Part shown: positions 49,675 to 59,367 of the stretch, piece after piece
Layout: every line of letters begins with the position of its first letter
Position numbering within the stretch: the stretch's first letter is position 1
Origin: Candidatus Eiseniibacteriota bacterium
Lineage (GTDB): Bacteria; Eisenbacteria; RBG-16-71-46
NCBI GenBank assembly: GCA_963717505.1
Contig: OY970342.1
Span: 2,208,001 to 2,272,000, forward strand
Length of the DNA stretch: 64,000 nucleotides
Reading direction: 5' to 3'
Notes under the pieces: generated by a model
Told to the model about the DNA's origin: nothing
The model's input: only the letters and a program-made list of their open reading frames with translations
Database searches by the model: none
Program-made: the position numbers and the translations under genes

Positions 49675-50154
49675 ATGAGCAATTCCTCTCCCGATCCGTG
49701 TCGTGAAGCGGCGCTCAAGCTGCTCGAACGCACCCGCCGCACGCGTGGCGAGCTGGTCCGCAAGCTGCGCGAGAAGGGCTTTGCGGCGCCCGCGATCAAC
49801 GAGGTGCTCGATCGCCTCGCGGGCGTCGGGCTGGTCGACGACGCCGAGTACGCCCGGGCGTGGCTGCGCGGACGTTGGGGGCGCCGTGCCGCTGGCTGGC
49901 GCAAGCTCGAGATGGGTCTGCGGGGGCGGGGCATTCACCCTGAGGACATCGCGCGTGGCCGCGCCCTGCTCGAGGCCGAGATGGGCCCGGCTGACGAGGT
50001 CACGGCTGCGCGCCGAGTGCTCGGTCAGGTCGAGCGCCGCTACGCCAAGCTCGATCCCCGGGTTCGTCAGCAAAGGCTCTACGCGCTGCTCGCCCGGCGC
50101 GGCTTCGACGGCGACGTGATCCGTGCGGCTCTAAAAGAAGGGGCGCCGGAGTAG
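49675..50154 (+). CDS. recX: Regulatory protein RecX
   Basis: ALKLL..RRTRGELVRKL..KGF, GLVDDAEYA, LARRGF; lies between recA and alaS. Confidence 0.9.
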   Translation: MSNSSPDPCREAALKLLERTRRTRGELVRKLREKGFAAPAINEVLDRLAGVGLVDDAEYARAWLRGRWGRRAAGWRKLEMGLRGRGIHPEDIARGRALLEAEMGPADEVTAARRVLGQVERRYAKLDPRVRQQRLYALLARRGFDGDVIRAALKEGAPE

Positions 50155-50197
50155 CGCTTCCCCGGGGCACCGGGACCCATTATCTTTGCCGGCCGTC

Positions 50198-52894
50198 ATG
50201 CCCACGACCTCTTCCGTCCGCACCGCGGCCGAGCTGCGCCGCGCCTTCCTCGATTTCTTCCAGCGCCAGGGGCACGTCGAGGTGCCGTCGTCACCGCTGG
50301 TGCCCAGCGATCCGACCATGCTGTTCACCACCGCCGGCATGGTGCAGTTCAAGCCCTACTACACCGCCGCCGGCGACGTGCCCTACACGCGTGCGGTCTC
50401 GGTGCAGAAGTGTCTGCGGCTCACCGACCTCGAGAACGTCGGCCTGACCCCGCGGCACGACACGTTCTTCGAGATGCTCGGCAACTTCTCGTTCGGTCCG
50501 CGCGAGAAGGGCGCCTACTTCAAGGCCGAAGCGATCGCGTTCGCCTGGGAGTTCGTCACCAAGACGCTCGGGCTGCCGAAGGATCGCCTGTACGCGTCGA
50601 TCTTCGAAGGCGAGGGCAAGCTGCCGCGCGACGACGAGGCGATCGAGCTGTGGAAGAAGATCGGGCTTCCGGCGGACCGCATCGTGCCGCTCGGGCGCAA
50701 GGACAACTTCTGGGGGCCGGCCGGCGGCGCGGGCGCCTGCGGGCCGTGCAGCGAGATCTACTTCGACCTGGGCGAGAAGCGTCCCGACTATTTGCCGGCC
50801 GGCACGTTCTGGGGCGAGCGTCCCGGAGATCCGGGCGATCGCTACATGGAGTTCTGGAACCTGGTGTTCCCGCAGTTCGACGCGGCCCCCGACGGCACGC
50901 TGACGCCGCTCGCGCGCCCGGGCATCGACACCGGCATGGGGATCGAGCGTCTGGCGTTGATCGTCCAGGGCAAGAGCACGATCTTCGAGACGGACGTGTT
51001 CGAGCCAGTCGTGAATGCTGCTCTTATGCACTTCGGGAGCCCGGGACCTGAGCACGTTCGGGCGGCGCGAATAATGGCCGACCATGTTCGAGCGCTCACG
51101 TTCGCCATGACCGAAGGTGTGCTGCCGGGGAACGAGGGTGCTGGCTATGTCTTGAGGCGGCTGTTAAGGAGAGCGATCGCCCGCTACAAGCTTGTCGGAG
51201 GAACGGGGTATCCGGTTCTTGCGGTCCTCTCTTCAATCGTTGTGGATGTTTTCGAGTCCCACTACCCACAACTTCGTTTTCGCGAGCAGTTTGTACAGGC
51301 GGCTCTCAGAAGCGAGGAAGAGTACTTCAATCGAGCATTCGAGTCCGGATTGGCGAGGCTTGAGGAGTACTTGACTAGAAGCCAGTCTGTCGCCGGCGAC
51401 GTTGCGTTCGAGCTGCACGACACCTACGGCTTCCCGATCGAGCTGACCGAGGAGATCGCGGCGGCGCGCGAGGTGGCGGTCGATCGCGAGGGCTTCGAGC
51501 GCGCAATGGACGAGCAGCGCGAGCGCGCACGCGCGGCCAGCAAGTTCGGCCGCACCGGCGAGGCACGCCCGTGGACGACGGCCATTTCGGGCGCCGATTC
51601 CGTATTCCTGGGCTGGACGTCGACGCGTGCCGAGGGCCTCGCCGTCCGCCGCTGGCGGGAGTCCGATGCGGGTACGTTCGAGGTCGTGCTCGATCGCACG
51701 CCGGTCTATGCGGAGTCGGGCGGGCAGGTCGCCGACCGAGGGACGCTGGAAGCTGGCGGCGCGGTTGCCGACCTGGTCCACGTCTACAAAGACGGCGAGT
51801 CGGTCGTCCACCGACTGAAAATGGCCTCGGGGAGTCGCGAAGCGTTCCTGGCCGCGGGCGCCAAGTCCGACGTGGTGGCCGAGGTTCCCGCGGCGCATCG
51901 GCTCCCGACCATGCGCCACCACACGGCGACGCATCTGCTGCACGCCGCACTGCGTACCGTGCTCGGCGATCACGTGCACCAGGCGGGTTCACTGGTCGCG
52001 CCCGATCGGCTGCGCTTCGACTACGCGCATTTCGAGGCGCCGAACCGCGATCAGCTCGACCGGATCGAGCGCCGCGTCGCCGAATGGATCCTGCGCGACC
52101 GCGAAGTGCGCTGGGAGATCCTGCCGATCGACCAGGCGCGCGCCAAGGGCGCGATGGCGCTGTTCGGCGAGAAGTACGGGGCTCAGGTACGGGTGGTCAC
52201 GGTCGACGGCGTCGCCGACGTCGGGATCGAACCCAGCCTCGAGCTGTGCGGCGGTACCCACGTGTCGCGCACCGGCGAAATCGGCGCATTCGCGATCGTC
52301 GACGAGTCGGCGATCGCGAGTGGCGTGCGCCGGGTCGAGGCGTTGTGCGGGCACGAAGCACTCGCGTATTTCAAGGCCCAGGGCCAGACGTTGGCGCGCG
52401 CGGCAGCCGCGCTGCAAGCGGCGCCCGCGCAACTGGTGGAGCAAATCGAAAAGCAGAAGGCTGAACTCGAGCGTCTGCGAAAGGAGCAAGCCGATGCCAA
52501 GCGCGGCGGACTCGAGGCCGAAATGACCGGCCTGGTCGCCGGCGCGAGTGCCGCGGCCAACGGTCGCTGGGTGGTGGCGGAGCTTCAGTCCGAGGCCGAC
52601 GCCAACGCCGCGCGCGACGCGGCCGACCGGCTGCGCGGGGCCCTCGGCCGTGGTGCGGCGGTGCTCGCCATCAAGAACCAGGGCAAGACCACGTTTCTGG
52701 CCGCGGTGTCGGACGATCTGGTCGCCGAGAAGAAGATGAACGCGTCCGATCTGGTCAAGCGCGTAGCGCAGGTGACCGGCGGCTCGGGCGGCGGCAAGCC
52801 GCACCTGGCGCTCGCCGGGGCCAAGGATCAGGGCAAGGTGGCCGAGGCGCTCGACGAGGCGCGCCGACTGCTCGCCGAGGCGCTCGGTTCGTGA
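50198..52894 (+). CDS. alaS: Alanine--tRNA ligase
   Basis: DPTMLFTTAGMVQFK, FFEMLGNFSFG, IDTGMG, GYVLRRLLRRA, DTYGFP, HTATHLLH, ELCGGTH, GGGKPHLA. Confidence 0.99.
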   Translation: MPTTSSVRTAAELRRAFLDFFQRQGHVEVPSSPLVPSDPTMLFTTAGMVQFKPYYTAAGDVPYTRAVSVQKCLRLTDLENVGLTPRHDTFFEMLGNFSFGPREKGAYFKAEAIAFAWEFVTKTLGLPKDRLYASIFEGEGKLPRDDEAIELWKKIGLPADRIVPLGRKDNFWGPAGGAGACGPCSEIYFDLGEKRPDYLPAGTFWGERPGDPGDRYMEFWNLVFPQFDAAPDGTLTPLARPGIDTGMGIERLALIVQGKSTIFETDVFEPVVNAALMHFGSPGPEHVRAARIMADHVRALTFAMTEGVLPGNEGAGYVLRRLLRRAIARYKLVGGTGYPVLAVLSSIVVDVFESHYPQLRFREQFVQAALRSEEEYFNRAFESGLARLEEYLTRSQSVAGDVAFELHDTYGFPIELTEEIAAAREVAVDREGFERAMDEQRERARAASKFGRTGEARPWTTAISGADSVFLGWTSTRAEGLAVRRWRESDAGTFEVVLDRTPVYAESGGQVADRGTLEAGGAVADLVHVYKDGESVVHRLKMASGSREAFLAAGAKSDVVAEVPAAHRLPTMRHHTATHLLHAALRTVLGDHVHQAGSLVAPDRLRFDYAHFEAPNRDQLDRIERRVAEWILRDREVRWEILPIDQARAKGAMALFGEKYGAQVRVVTVDGVADVGIEPSLELCGGTHVSRTGEIGAFAIVDESAIASGVRRVEALCGHEALAYFKAQGQTLARAAAALQAAPAQLVEQIEKQKAELERLRKEQADAKRGGLEAEMTGLVAGASAAANGRWVVAELQSEADANAARDAADRLRGALGRGAAVLAIKNQGKTTFLAAVSDDLVAEKKMNASDLVKRVAQVTGGSGGGKPHLALAGAKDQGKVAEALDEARRLLAEALGS

Positions 52895-52919
52895 GCCGGC
52901 GCTGCGCAGGGAGGCGCAC

Positions 52920-54044
52920 GTGAAGGCGCTGGTTCTCGCCGGCGGTCGCGGCACGCGGCTCCGCCCGATCACGCACACCAGCGCCAAGCAGTTGGTTCCC
53001 GTGGCCAACAAGCCCGTCCTCTTCTACGGGCTCGAAGCGATTCGCGACGCCGGCATCCGCGAGGTCGGCATCGTGGTCAGCGATCCGCGCGAGATGCTGC
53101 GCCCCGATCATCGCACCGGCGAGATGGTCACGGTCATGGTCAACAGCCAGGCCGAGATCCGCGCCGCGGTCGGCGACGGCTCGAAGTTCGACATGAAGGT
53201 GACCTACATCGAGCAGGAATCCCCGCTCGGCCTCGCGCACGCGGTCAAGATCTCCGAGAGTTACATGGCGGGAGAGCCGTTCGTCATGTATTTGGGCGAC
53301 AACCTGATCAAGGACGGCATCGCCCCATTCGTCCGCGAGTTCACCGAAGAGAAGCCCAATGCCCAGATCCTGTTGGCGCAGGTCAAGACGCCCGAGGACT
53401 TCGGGGTCGCCGAGCTGGAGGGCGATCGGGTGGTGCGACTCGAGGAAAAGCCGAAGCACCCGAAAAGCGATCTGGCGCTGGTCGGCGTCTACCTGTTCGA
53501 CGCCACGGTATTCGACGCCGTGCGCGCGATCCAGCCGTCGAAGCGCGGCGAGCTCGAGATCACCGATGCGATCCAGCAGTTGATCGACTCCGGCCGGCGG
53601 GTGCGCTCGCACGTGATCCGCGGCTGGTGGAAGGACACCGGCAAGGTCGAAGACATGCTCGAGGGCAATCGCATGATGTTGGGCGCGATCGAGACCGCGA
53701 TCGCCGGCACGGTCGACGCCGCGAGCGCGATCGAGGGCCGGGTCGTGATCGGCGAGGGCGCGGTGGTCGAGCGCTCGCGACTGCGCGGGCCGCTAATCAT
53801 CGGTCGCAATGCTCGGGTGATCGACTCTTACGTAGGTCCATTCACCTCGATCGGTGATGGCGTGAGCGTGGTGCACAGCGAAATCGAGCACTCGATCGTG
53901 CTCGAGCGCAGCCGGATCGAGCACGTTCCGCACCGGATCGAGTCGAGCCTGATCGGCAAGGAAGCGGTGGTGTGCCGGAGCGACGCGCGCCCGCGTACGC
54001 ATCGGCTGGTGCTCGGCGACTCGAGCCGGGTGGAACTGCCGTGA
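52920..54044 (+). CDS. rmlA: Glucose-1-phosphate thymidylyltransferase, long form
   Basis: LAGGRGTRLRPITHTSAKQLVPVANKP, GLAHAV, YLGDN, LEEKP, RGELEITDA, WWKDTG; beta-helix-like tail. Confidence 0.9.
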   Translation: MKALVLAGGRGTRLRPITHTSAKQLVPVANKPVLFYGLEAIRDAGIREVGIVVSDPREMLRPDHRTGEMVTVMVNSQAEIRAAVGDGSKFDMKVTYIEQESPLGLAHAVKISESYMAGEPFVMYLGDNLIKDGIAPFVREFTEEKPNAQILLAQVKTPEDFGVAELEGDRVVRLEEKPKHPKSDLALVGVYLFDATVFDAVRAIQPSKRGELEITDAIQQLIDSGRRVRSHVIRGWWKDTGKVEDMLEGNRMMLGAIETAIAGTVDAASAIEGRVVIGEGAVVERSRLRGPLIIGRNARVIDSYVGPFTSIGDGVSVVHSEIEHSIVLERSRIEHVPHRIESSLIGKEAVVCRSDARPRTHRLVLGDSSRVELP

Positions 54045-54922
54045 GGGTCGTGATCACCGGTGCACGCGGCATGCTGGCGCGTGCCGTGCTGCGGGCACTC
54101 GAGCGCGCCGGGCACGAAGCCCTGCCGCTCGCCCGCGCCGACGCCGACGTCACGCGGCCCGAGGCGCTCGATCACGCGCTCGCGACCTTCAAGGCCGATT
54201 GGATCTTCCACCTGGCCGGGTTCGTCCGGGTCGACGACTGCGAGTCGCAGGTCGACGAGACGTTTCGAGTGAACGGCTTCGGCTCCCGGAACGTCGCCCT
54301 GGCGTCGGTCCGTCACGACGTGCCCCTGCTCGCGATCTCGAGCGACTACGTGTTCGACGGCCGGTCGCGCCGGCCGTATCGCGAGTACGATCCGGCGGCA
54401 CCGCTCTCGGTGTACGGCGCTTCGAAGTGGGCGGGTGAGCAGGCGATCCGCGAGCTGCAGCCGCGCCACACGATCGTGCGCACTTCGTGGCTCTACGGTC
54501 GCGGGGGCGCCAACTTCGTCGACACCATTCTGGCGAAAGCCCGCGCCGGCGAGGCCTTGCGCGTGGTCGACGACCAGCACGGCTCGCCGACCTGGACCTC
54601 GGACCTGGCGCCGGCGCTGATCGCGCTCGCCACGCGGGGAGCGCTCGGCACCTTCCACGTCACCAACACCGGCGGCTGCACGTGGCATGATCTGGCGGTG
54701 CGCGTGTGCGCGGGCGCACGGCTCGAGGTGGCGATCGAGCGCATCTCGAGTCGCGACCTGGCTCGGGCGGCGCCGCGGCCGGCCTACTCGGTGCTCGACG
54801 GCCGGTTGTTCCGCGAGGTCACGGGGACCACGATGCCGTCGTGGGACGACGCGCTGGACCGCTACCTGGCTTCGCTCGAGGTGCGCGAGGTCGAACCGTT
54901 GGCCAAGGAGGCACGACGATGA
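54041..54922 (+). CDS. rfbD: dTDP-4-dehydrorhamnose reductase
   Basis: ITGARGML, VDDCES, ISSDYVFDG, YGASKWAGE, VDDQHGSPT, APRPAYS. Confidence 0.95.
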   Translation: MRVVITGARGMLARAVLRALERAGHEALPLARADADVTRPEALDHALATFKADWIFHLAGFVRVDDCESQVDETFRVNGFGSRNVALASVRHDVPLLAISSDYVFDGRSRRPYREYDPAAPLSVYGASKWAGEQAIRELQPRHTIVRTSWLYGRGGANFVDTILAKARAGEALRVVDDQHGSPTWTSDLAPALIALATRGALGTFHVTNTGGCTWHDLAVRVCAGARLEVAIERISSRDLARAAPRPAYSVLDGRLFREVTGTTMPSWDDALDRYLASLEVREVEPLAKEARR

Positions 54923-55635
54923 CGGCACGCCGCAAGCAGGGGGTTCTTCGGCGATCGGCGCGCAGAAAGTCCGGTCCGCTCGAGCGCGAGGCGCGAGCCG
55001 CGCTGGCCGCGTCGTCGCGGGCACTGCGCCTGATCGAACGCACGGCGGGCGACGTCGCCGCCGCGGCGGAAACCATGATCGCGTGTCTCGGCGGGGGCGG
55101 CACGGTGTTCTTCTGCGGCAACGGGGGCAGCGCAGCCGATGCCCAGCACTTCGCCGCCGAGCTGGCCGGCCGCTATCTGATCGACCGACCGTCGCTGCCG
55201 GCGTTGGCGCTGACCACCAACACTTCGTCGCTGACTGCGATCGGCAACGACTTCGGCTTCGACCAGGTGTTCGAGCGCCAGCTCGAGGCGCTCGGTTCAC
55301 CGGGCGACGTGTTGGTCGCGATCACCACCAGCGGACGATCGGCCAACGTGCTGCGCGCGGTGGCGACCGCGCATCGGTTGGGGATGGGCGTGATCGGGTT
55401 CACCGGGCTGCCCGGGCGCGCGTTTGCCGCCCAGTGCGACGTGGCCCTGGTCACGCCGCACGCGGCGACCCCGCGAATTCAGGAAGGCCATCTGGCGATG
55501 GGCCACGCACTGTGCGAGCTGGTCGAGCGCGGGATGTTCGGCGCGCGCCGCCAGGGCCGTGCGGCCGGAGCCCGCCGCACCCGGAAGGCGGCCCGGTCCG
55601 TCGGGGCTGCCCGAGCTTCGACCCGCCACCGATGA
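54919..55635 (+). CDS. gmhA: D-sedoheptulose-7-phosphate isomerase
   Basis: CGNGGSAADAQHFAAE, IGNDFG, TSGRSANV, RIQEGH; Arg-rich N- and C-terminal extensions. Confidence 0.93.
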   Translation: MTARRKQGVLRRSARRKSGPLEREARAALAASSRALRLIERTAGDVAAAAETMIACLGGGGTVFFCGNGGSAADAQHFAAELAGRYLIDRPSLPALALTTNTSSLTAIGNDFGFDQVFERQLEALGSPGDVLVAITTSGRSANVLRAVATAHRLGMGVIGFTGLPGRAFAAQCDVALVTPHAATPRIQEGHLAMGHALCELVERGMFGARRQGRAAGARRTRKAARSVGAARASTRHR

Positions 55636-56519
55636 TCGACTTCGTTCGCGCGCTGAGACCGCGGCAATGGACCAAGAACCTGCTGGTCTTTGCCGGCGTC
55701 GTGTTCTCGCGCAACGTCACCGACCTCGATCTGATGACGCGGGCGGCGGCGGGATTCCTCGCCTTTTCGCTGCTCTCGAGCTGCGTCTACGTGGTCAACG
55801 ACGTCCGCGACATCGCCGTCGACCGCATGCACCCCAAGAAGCGCAAGCGCGCAATCGCTTCCGGGCGCCTGCGTCCCGAGGTCGCGCTCGCCGGCACCGG
55901 GCCACTGCTCGCGCTGGTGGTCGCCCTGGCGCTGTGGCTGGGCACCGGGTTCTCGATCGTCCTCGCCGTCTACCTGGCCCTGAATCTCGCGTACACCTTC
56001 ATCTTCAAGAATGTGGTCCTGATCGACGTGTTCCTGATCGCGACCGGGTTCGTGCTGCGCGCGATCGCCGGGGTCGAGCTGCTGCAGCCGGTCGCACCCG
56101 ACACGTCGCTGTCGCCGTGGCTCCTGGTGTGCACGTTCTTCGGGGCCTTGTTCCTGGCGCTGGCCAAGCGCCGGCGCGAGATCACCAATGCCGGCGAGAC
56201 CGCCGCCCAGCAGCGCGAGGTGCTGGCGTCGTACACGGCCGAGTTCCTCGACGGCCTGCTGATCGCCTCGGCCGCGACCAGCATGATGAGCTACGCGCTC
56301 TACACGATCTGGCCGGGAACGGTCGAGAAGTTCGGCACCGAGCGGCTGCTCTACACGGTTCCGATCGTCGCCTACGGCATCTTCCGCTACCTGTTCCTGG
56401 TCCATCGCTCGGCCTCGAGCGAGGATCCCTCGCTGGTCCTGCTCACCGATCGTCCGATGCAGATCTGCGTGCTCAGCTATCTCGCTGCGGTGCTGGTGGT
56501 TCTGTACGGGCCGTGGTGA
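55632..56519 (+). CDS. UbiA-family polyprenyl-phosphate phosphoribosyltransferase (DPPR synthase-like)
   Basis: LRPRQWTKNLLVF, YVVND..D..HPKKRKRAIASG, GFVLRAIAG, SPWL, KRRREI, YGIFRY, EDP. Confidence 0.9.
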   Translation: MIDFVRALRPRQWTKNLLVFAGVVFSRNVTDLDLMTRAAAGFLAFSLLSSCVYVVNDVRDIAVDRMHPKKRKRAIASGRLRPEVALAGTGPLLALVVALALWLGTGFSIVLAVYLALNLAYTFIFKNVVLIDVFLIATGFVLRAIAGVELLQPVAPDTSLSPWLLVCTFFGALFLALAKRRREITNAGETAAQQREVLASYTAEFLDGLLIASAATSMMSYALYTIWPGTVEKFGTERLLYTVPIVAYGIFRYLFLVHRSASSEDPSLVLLTDRPMQICVLSYLAAVLVVLYGPW

Positions 56520-57487
56520 TCCGCCGATCACCCGGGCTCGGCCGTGTCGTGATCGAGGCCCGGGCCAAGCTCAACCTTGGGCTCCAGGTCGGTCCCAAGC
56601 GGCCCGACGGATTCCACGACCTATTTACCGTCTTTCAGTCGGTCAGCCTTGCCGACACGCTCGTGATCGAGCGAGCGCGGCGAGGGTTCACCCTGGCCGT
56701 GCGCTACCAGGACGCGAGTCTGCCGAGGGTTGCGCGGCTGCCCGCCGAACGAGGCCGGCCCCGAAAGTCGCCAACGCGCGGGGTTCCCACCGGGGCCGAC
56801 AATCTCGTCCTGCGTGCGGCGCACCTCGTGGCCGGCGAACTCGGAATCCGGGGTGGCGCCCGCTTCACGCTGATCAAGCGCATCCCGGCAATGGCCGGGA
56901 TGGGCGGCGGCAGCGCCGATGCCGCGGCGGTGCTTCACGGTCTGCCGGCGTTATTCGGGGCGCGGCTGACGCCGCGTCGCCGCATGGCGCTCGCGCTCGA
57001 GCTCGGCTCCGACGTGCCGTTCGCCTGCGTCGGCGGCACCGCGATCGGCCTCGGCCGCGGCGAGCGACTCACGGGCAAACGGCTGACGTCGCCCTTCCGC
57101 GCCCTGGTGGCCATGCCGCCATGGCGGGTTTCGACCGCTCAGGCGTTCGCTCGGATCGACCGTGGAAGAATGGGCTTGACAGCGCGGCGGCTGACTCTAC
57201 TATCCGGCCAACTCTTTGGGCGCGAGCGACTAAGCGCGACAACGTGCGTGCGCCTTGGCAACACCTTTGAAGGGGTGTTGGGGAACAGGTCGCGAGAGTT
57301 TCGCGAGCTTCGCGAACGGATGCGAGCTGCGGGACTGATCGATGTCCGCATGACCGGAAGCGGTTCTGCGGTCTTCGGGATCCTCCGACCGGGGTTCCCT
57401 GCGCACCGAGTCGCAGGTCGATTCGCGGGTAGCGAGCCGCTGTATCTGGTGCGCTCGGTCGCGAGCGGAGTGCGACTGGCAACTTGA
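56516..57487 (+). CDS. ispE: 4-diphosphocytidyl-2-C-methyl-D-erythritol kinase
   Basis: AKLNLGL, RPDGFHDL, KRIPAMAGMGGGSADAA, LGSDVPF, GRGE, MTGSGSAVF. Confidence 0.93.
   Translation: MIRRSPGLGRVVIEARAKLNLGLQVGPKRPDGFHDLFTVFQSVSLADTLVIERARRGFTLAVRYQDASLPRVARLPAERGRPRKSPTRGVPTGADNLVLRAAHLVAGELGIRGGARFTLIKRIPAMAGMGGGSADAAAVLHGLPALFGARLTPRRRMALALELGSDVPFACVGGTAIGLGRGERLTGKRLTSPFRALVAMPPWRVSTAQAFARIDRGRMGLTARRLTLLSGQLFGRERLSATTCVRLGNTFEGVLGNRSREFRELRERMRAAGLIDVRMTGSGSAVFGILRPGFPAHRVAGRFAGSEPLYLVRSVASGVRLAT
57176..57203 (+). promoter_or_regulatory. Putative internal promoter within ispE
   Basis: TTGACA-N16-TACTAT within a stretch of atypical codons. Confidence 0.5.
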
Positions 57488-57597
57488 GTGGAGGCATGGA
57501 TGCAGACTGCTCAAGACCCCGACAGTTCCCCCGACCGGGGAGACCGCGCGTTTGGCCGCCGCGATCCGATTCCGGGTCGCCTCATGGAGGCTCGCCC

Positions 57598-57894
57598 ATG
57601 ATCGAGATCACGGAAGTCCGCGTATCCCTGCGCAGTGACGAAAAACTGAAAGCGTTCGTCAGCATCACGCTGAACAACGCGTTCGTCATTCGGGGACTCA
57701 AGGTCATCCACGGCAACAACGGCCTGTTCGTCGCCATGCCGAGCCGCAAGCGGCCCGACGGCCAGCACCAGGACCTCGCCCACCCGATCAACGACGCCAC
57801 CCGCAAGTACCTGACGCAGAAGGTCCTGTCGGAGTACGAGCGCGAGCTGGCGACGCCGAGCCGCGACGAGGCCCACGCGCGCGAGACCTACTGA
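57598..57894 (+). CDS. spoVG: SpoVG family nucleic-acid-binding protein
   Basis: EITEVRV..KLKAFVSIT..FVIRGLKVI..GLFVAMPSRK..DLAHPIN. Confidence 0.95.
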   Translation: MIEITEVRVSLRSDEKLKAFVSITLNNAFVIRGLKVIHGNNGLFVAMPSRKRPDGQHQDLAHPINDATRKYLTQKVLSEYERELATPSRDEAHARETY

Positions 57895-57973
57895 GGCCAG
57901 CCGGCAGAGGCCGGTCTTCCGCGGCCCGCATGCGGGGCCGCCCGCCGGGACCAGGCCGAAGCGGGCGCCGGGT

Positions 57974-58002
57974 TTGACGCCGCGGCGCGAAACCCCTAGA
58001 TT
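57974..58002 (+). promoter_or_regulatory. Sigma70 promoter for the tRNA-Gln/prs operon
   Basis: TTGACG-N17-TAGATT. Confidence 0.6.
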
Positions 58003-58117
58003 CCGCGGGCTTTTTCAGGGCCAGCAGCCATCACCCCGGCTCGCGTCTCGACCGAGGTTTTCTCACTCGGTTCCGGTATCGTCGAGCGGTCCGTGACGGA
58101 ATACCCGTTCCTGTTGG

Positions 58118-58192
58118 TGGGGCGTGGCCAAGCGGTAAGGCACGAGACTTTGGATCTCGCATCCGGAGGTTCGAATCCTCCCGCCCCAGCCA
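58118..58192 (+). tRNA. tRNA-Gln (anticodon TTG)
   Basis: Acceptor stem TGGGGCG/CGCCCCA, D-arm GCCAAGCGGTAAGGC, anticodon arm CGAGA-CTTTGGA-TCTCG, T-arm GGAGG-TTCGAAT-CCTCC, encoded CCA. Confidence 0.97.
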
Positions 58193-58358
58193 ACCGGCGG
58201 CGCGGGGGAGACGGGCCCGCGGCCTCGTAGGGCCGCGCCACCGGGCGCCCGACACGGATCCAAACCGGCCACCGCCTGGGCCCCGCGCAGGCAGGGAATC
58301 CGTCGCGCGGTGTGAGTGCTTCCCTGGCCGTTCGTCCGATCACTCGGAGGTGCCCTGC

Positions 58359-59285
58359 ATGGACCCGTGTCGCGTGTTCGCCGGCAACGCCAGCCGCAAG
58401 CTCGCCCAGTCCATCTGCGAGAAGCTCAAGGTGCCGCTCGGCGACGTCGAGGTCGACCGTTTCGAAGACGGCGAGGTCTCGGTGCGCTTCAACGAGAACA
58501 TTCGCGGCAGTGACGTGTTCATCGTCCAGGCGACGCATGCCCCGTCGGACAACCTGATGGAGCTGCTGGTCATGCTCGACGCCGCCAAGCGCGCGTCGGC
58601 CCGGCGCGTGACCGCCGTGATGCCGTACTTCGGCTATGCGCGCCAGGATCGCAAGGACCAGCCGCGAGCCCCGATCACCGCCAAGCTGGTCGCCAACCTG
58701 ATCACCGTGGCCGGCGCCGACCGGGCGCTGACCATGGATCTGCACAGCGCCCAGATCCAGGGCTTCTTCGACATCCCGTTCGACCACCTCTACGCCGCAC
58801 CGGTGCTGATCGAGTACTTCAGCAAGAAGAAGATTCCGGACCTGGTGGTCGTGGCCCCCGACATCGGCAGCGTCAAGATGGCGCGGGCTTACGCCAAGCG
58901 GCTCGGCGCCGACCTGGCGCTGGTCGACAAGCGCCGGCCGCGCGCCGATGCGGTCGAGCTGATGAACATCATCGGCGACGTCAAGGGCCGGAACTGCGTG
59001 CTGTTCGACGACATGATCTCGACCGCGCGCACGTTGTGCCAGGCGGCCGAGGCCATCAAGGAGCGCGGGGCGCTTCGCGTGTTCGCCGGCGCTTCGCACG
59101 GCGTCCTGTGCGACGGCGCCTACGAGCGGCTCACGGCGTCGGCGATCGAAGAAGTGGTGGTGACCGACACGCTGCACCACGAGCGGATGCCGCCACGCTT
59201 CGTCGAGTTGTCGATCGCCGGCTTGATCGGCGAGGCCCTGCAGCGGATTCACGAAGAGCGTTCACTCAGTTCCCTGTTCGTCTGA
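58359..59285 (+). CDS. prs: Ribose-phosphate pyrophosphokinase
   Basis: FEDGE, DNLMELL, PYFGYARQDRK, DLHSAQIQGFFD, VAPDIG, DDMIST. Confidence 0.98.
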   Translation: MDPCRVFAGNASRKLAQSICEKLKVPLGDVEVDRFEDGEVSVRFNENIRGSDVFIVQATHAPSDNLMELLVMLDAAKRASARRVTAVMPYFGYARQDRKDQPRAPITAKLVANLITVAGADRALTMDLHSAQIQGFFDIPFDHLYAAPVLIEYFSKKKIPDLVVVAPDIGSVKMARAYAKRLGADLALVDKRRPRADAVELMNIIGDVKGRNCVLFDDMISTARTLCQAAEAIKERGALRVFAGASHGVLCDGAYERLTASAIEEVVVTDTLHHERMPPRFVELSIAGLIGEALQRIHEERSLSSLFV

Positions 59286-59367
59286 CCCGGGTGGTCGCGC
59301 ACGGCGCGGCCATCCTTCACCGGCCCTCCGGAGATCCGGAGGCCGATAGGCAAGAAGGAGGAGACTC

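Noticed and set aside
57598-57894. spoVG as a sign of sporulation
   Set aside because: SpoVG occurs in the ispE-prs region of many non-sporulating bacteria
58118-58358. tRNA-Gln as an integration site, or a structured RNA before prs
   Set aside because: No duplicated tRNA 3' end or integrase, gene order is the usual one, and the GC-rich hairpins match no riboswitch I can recognise
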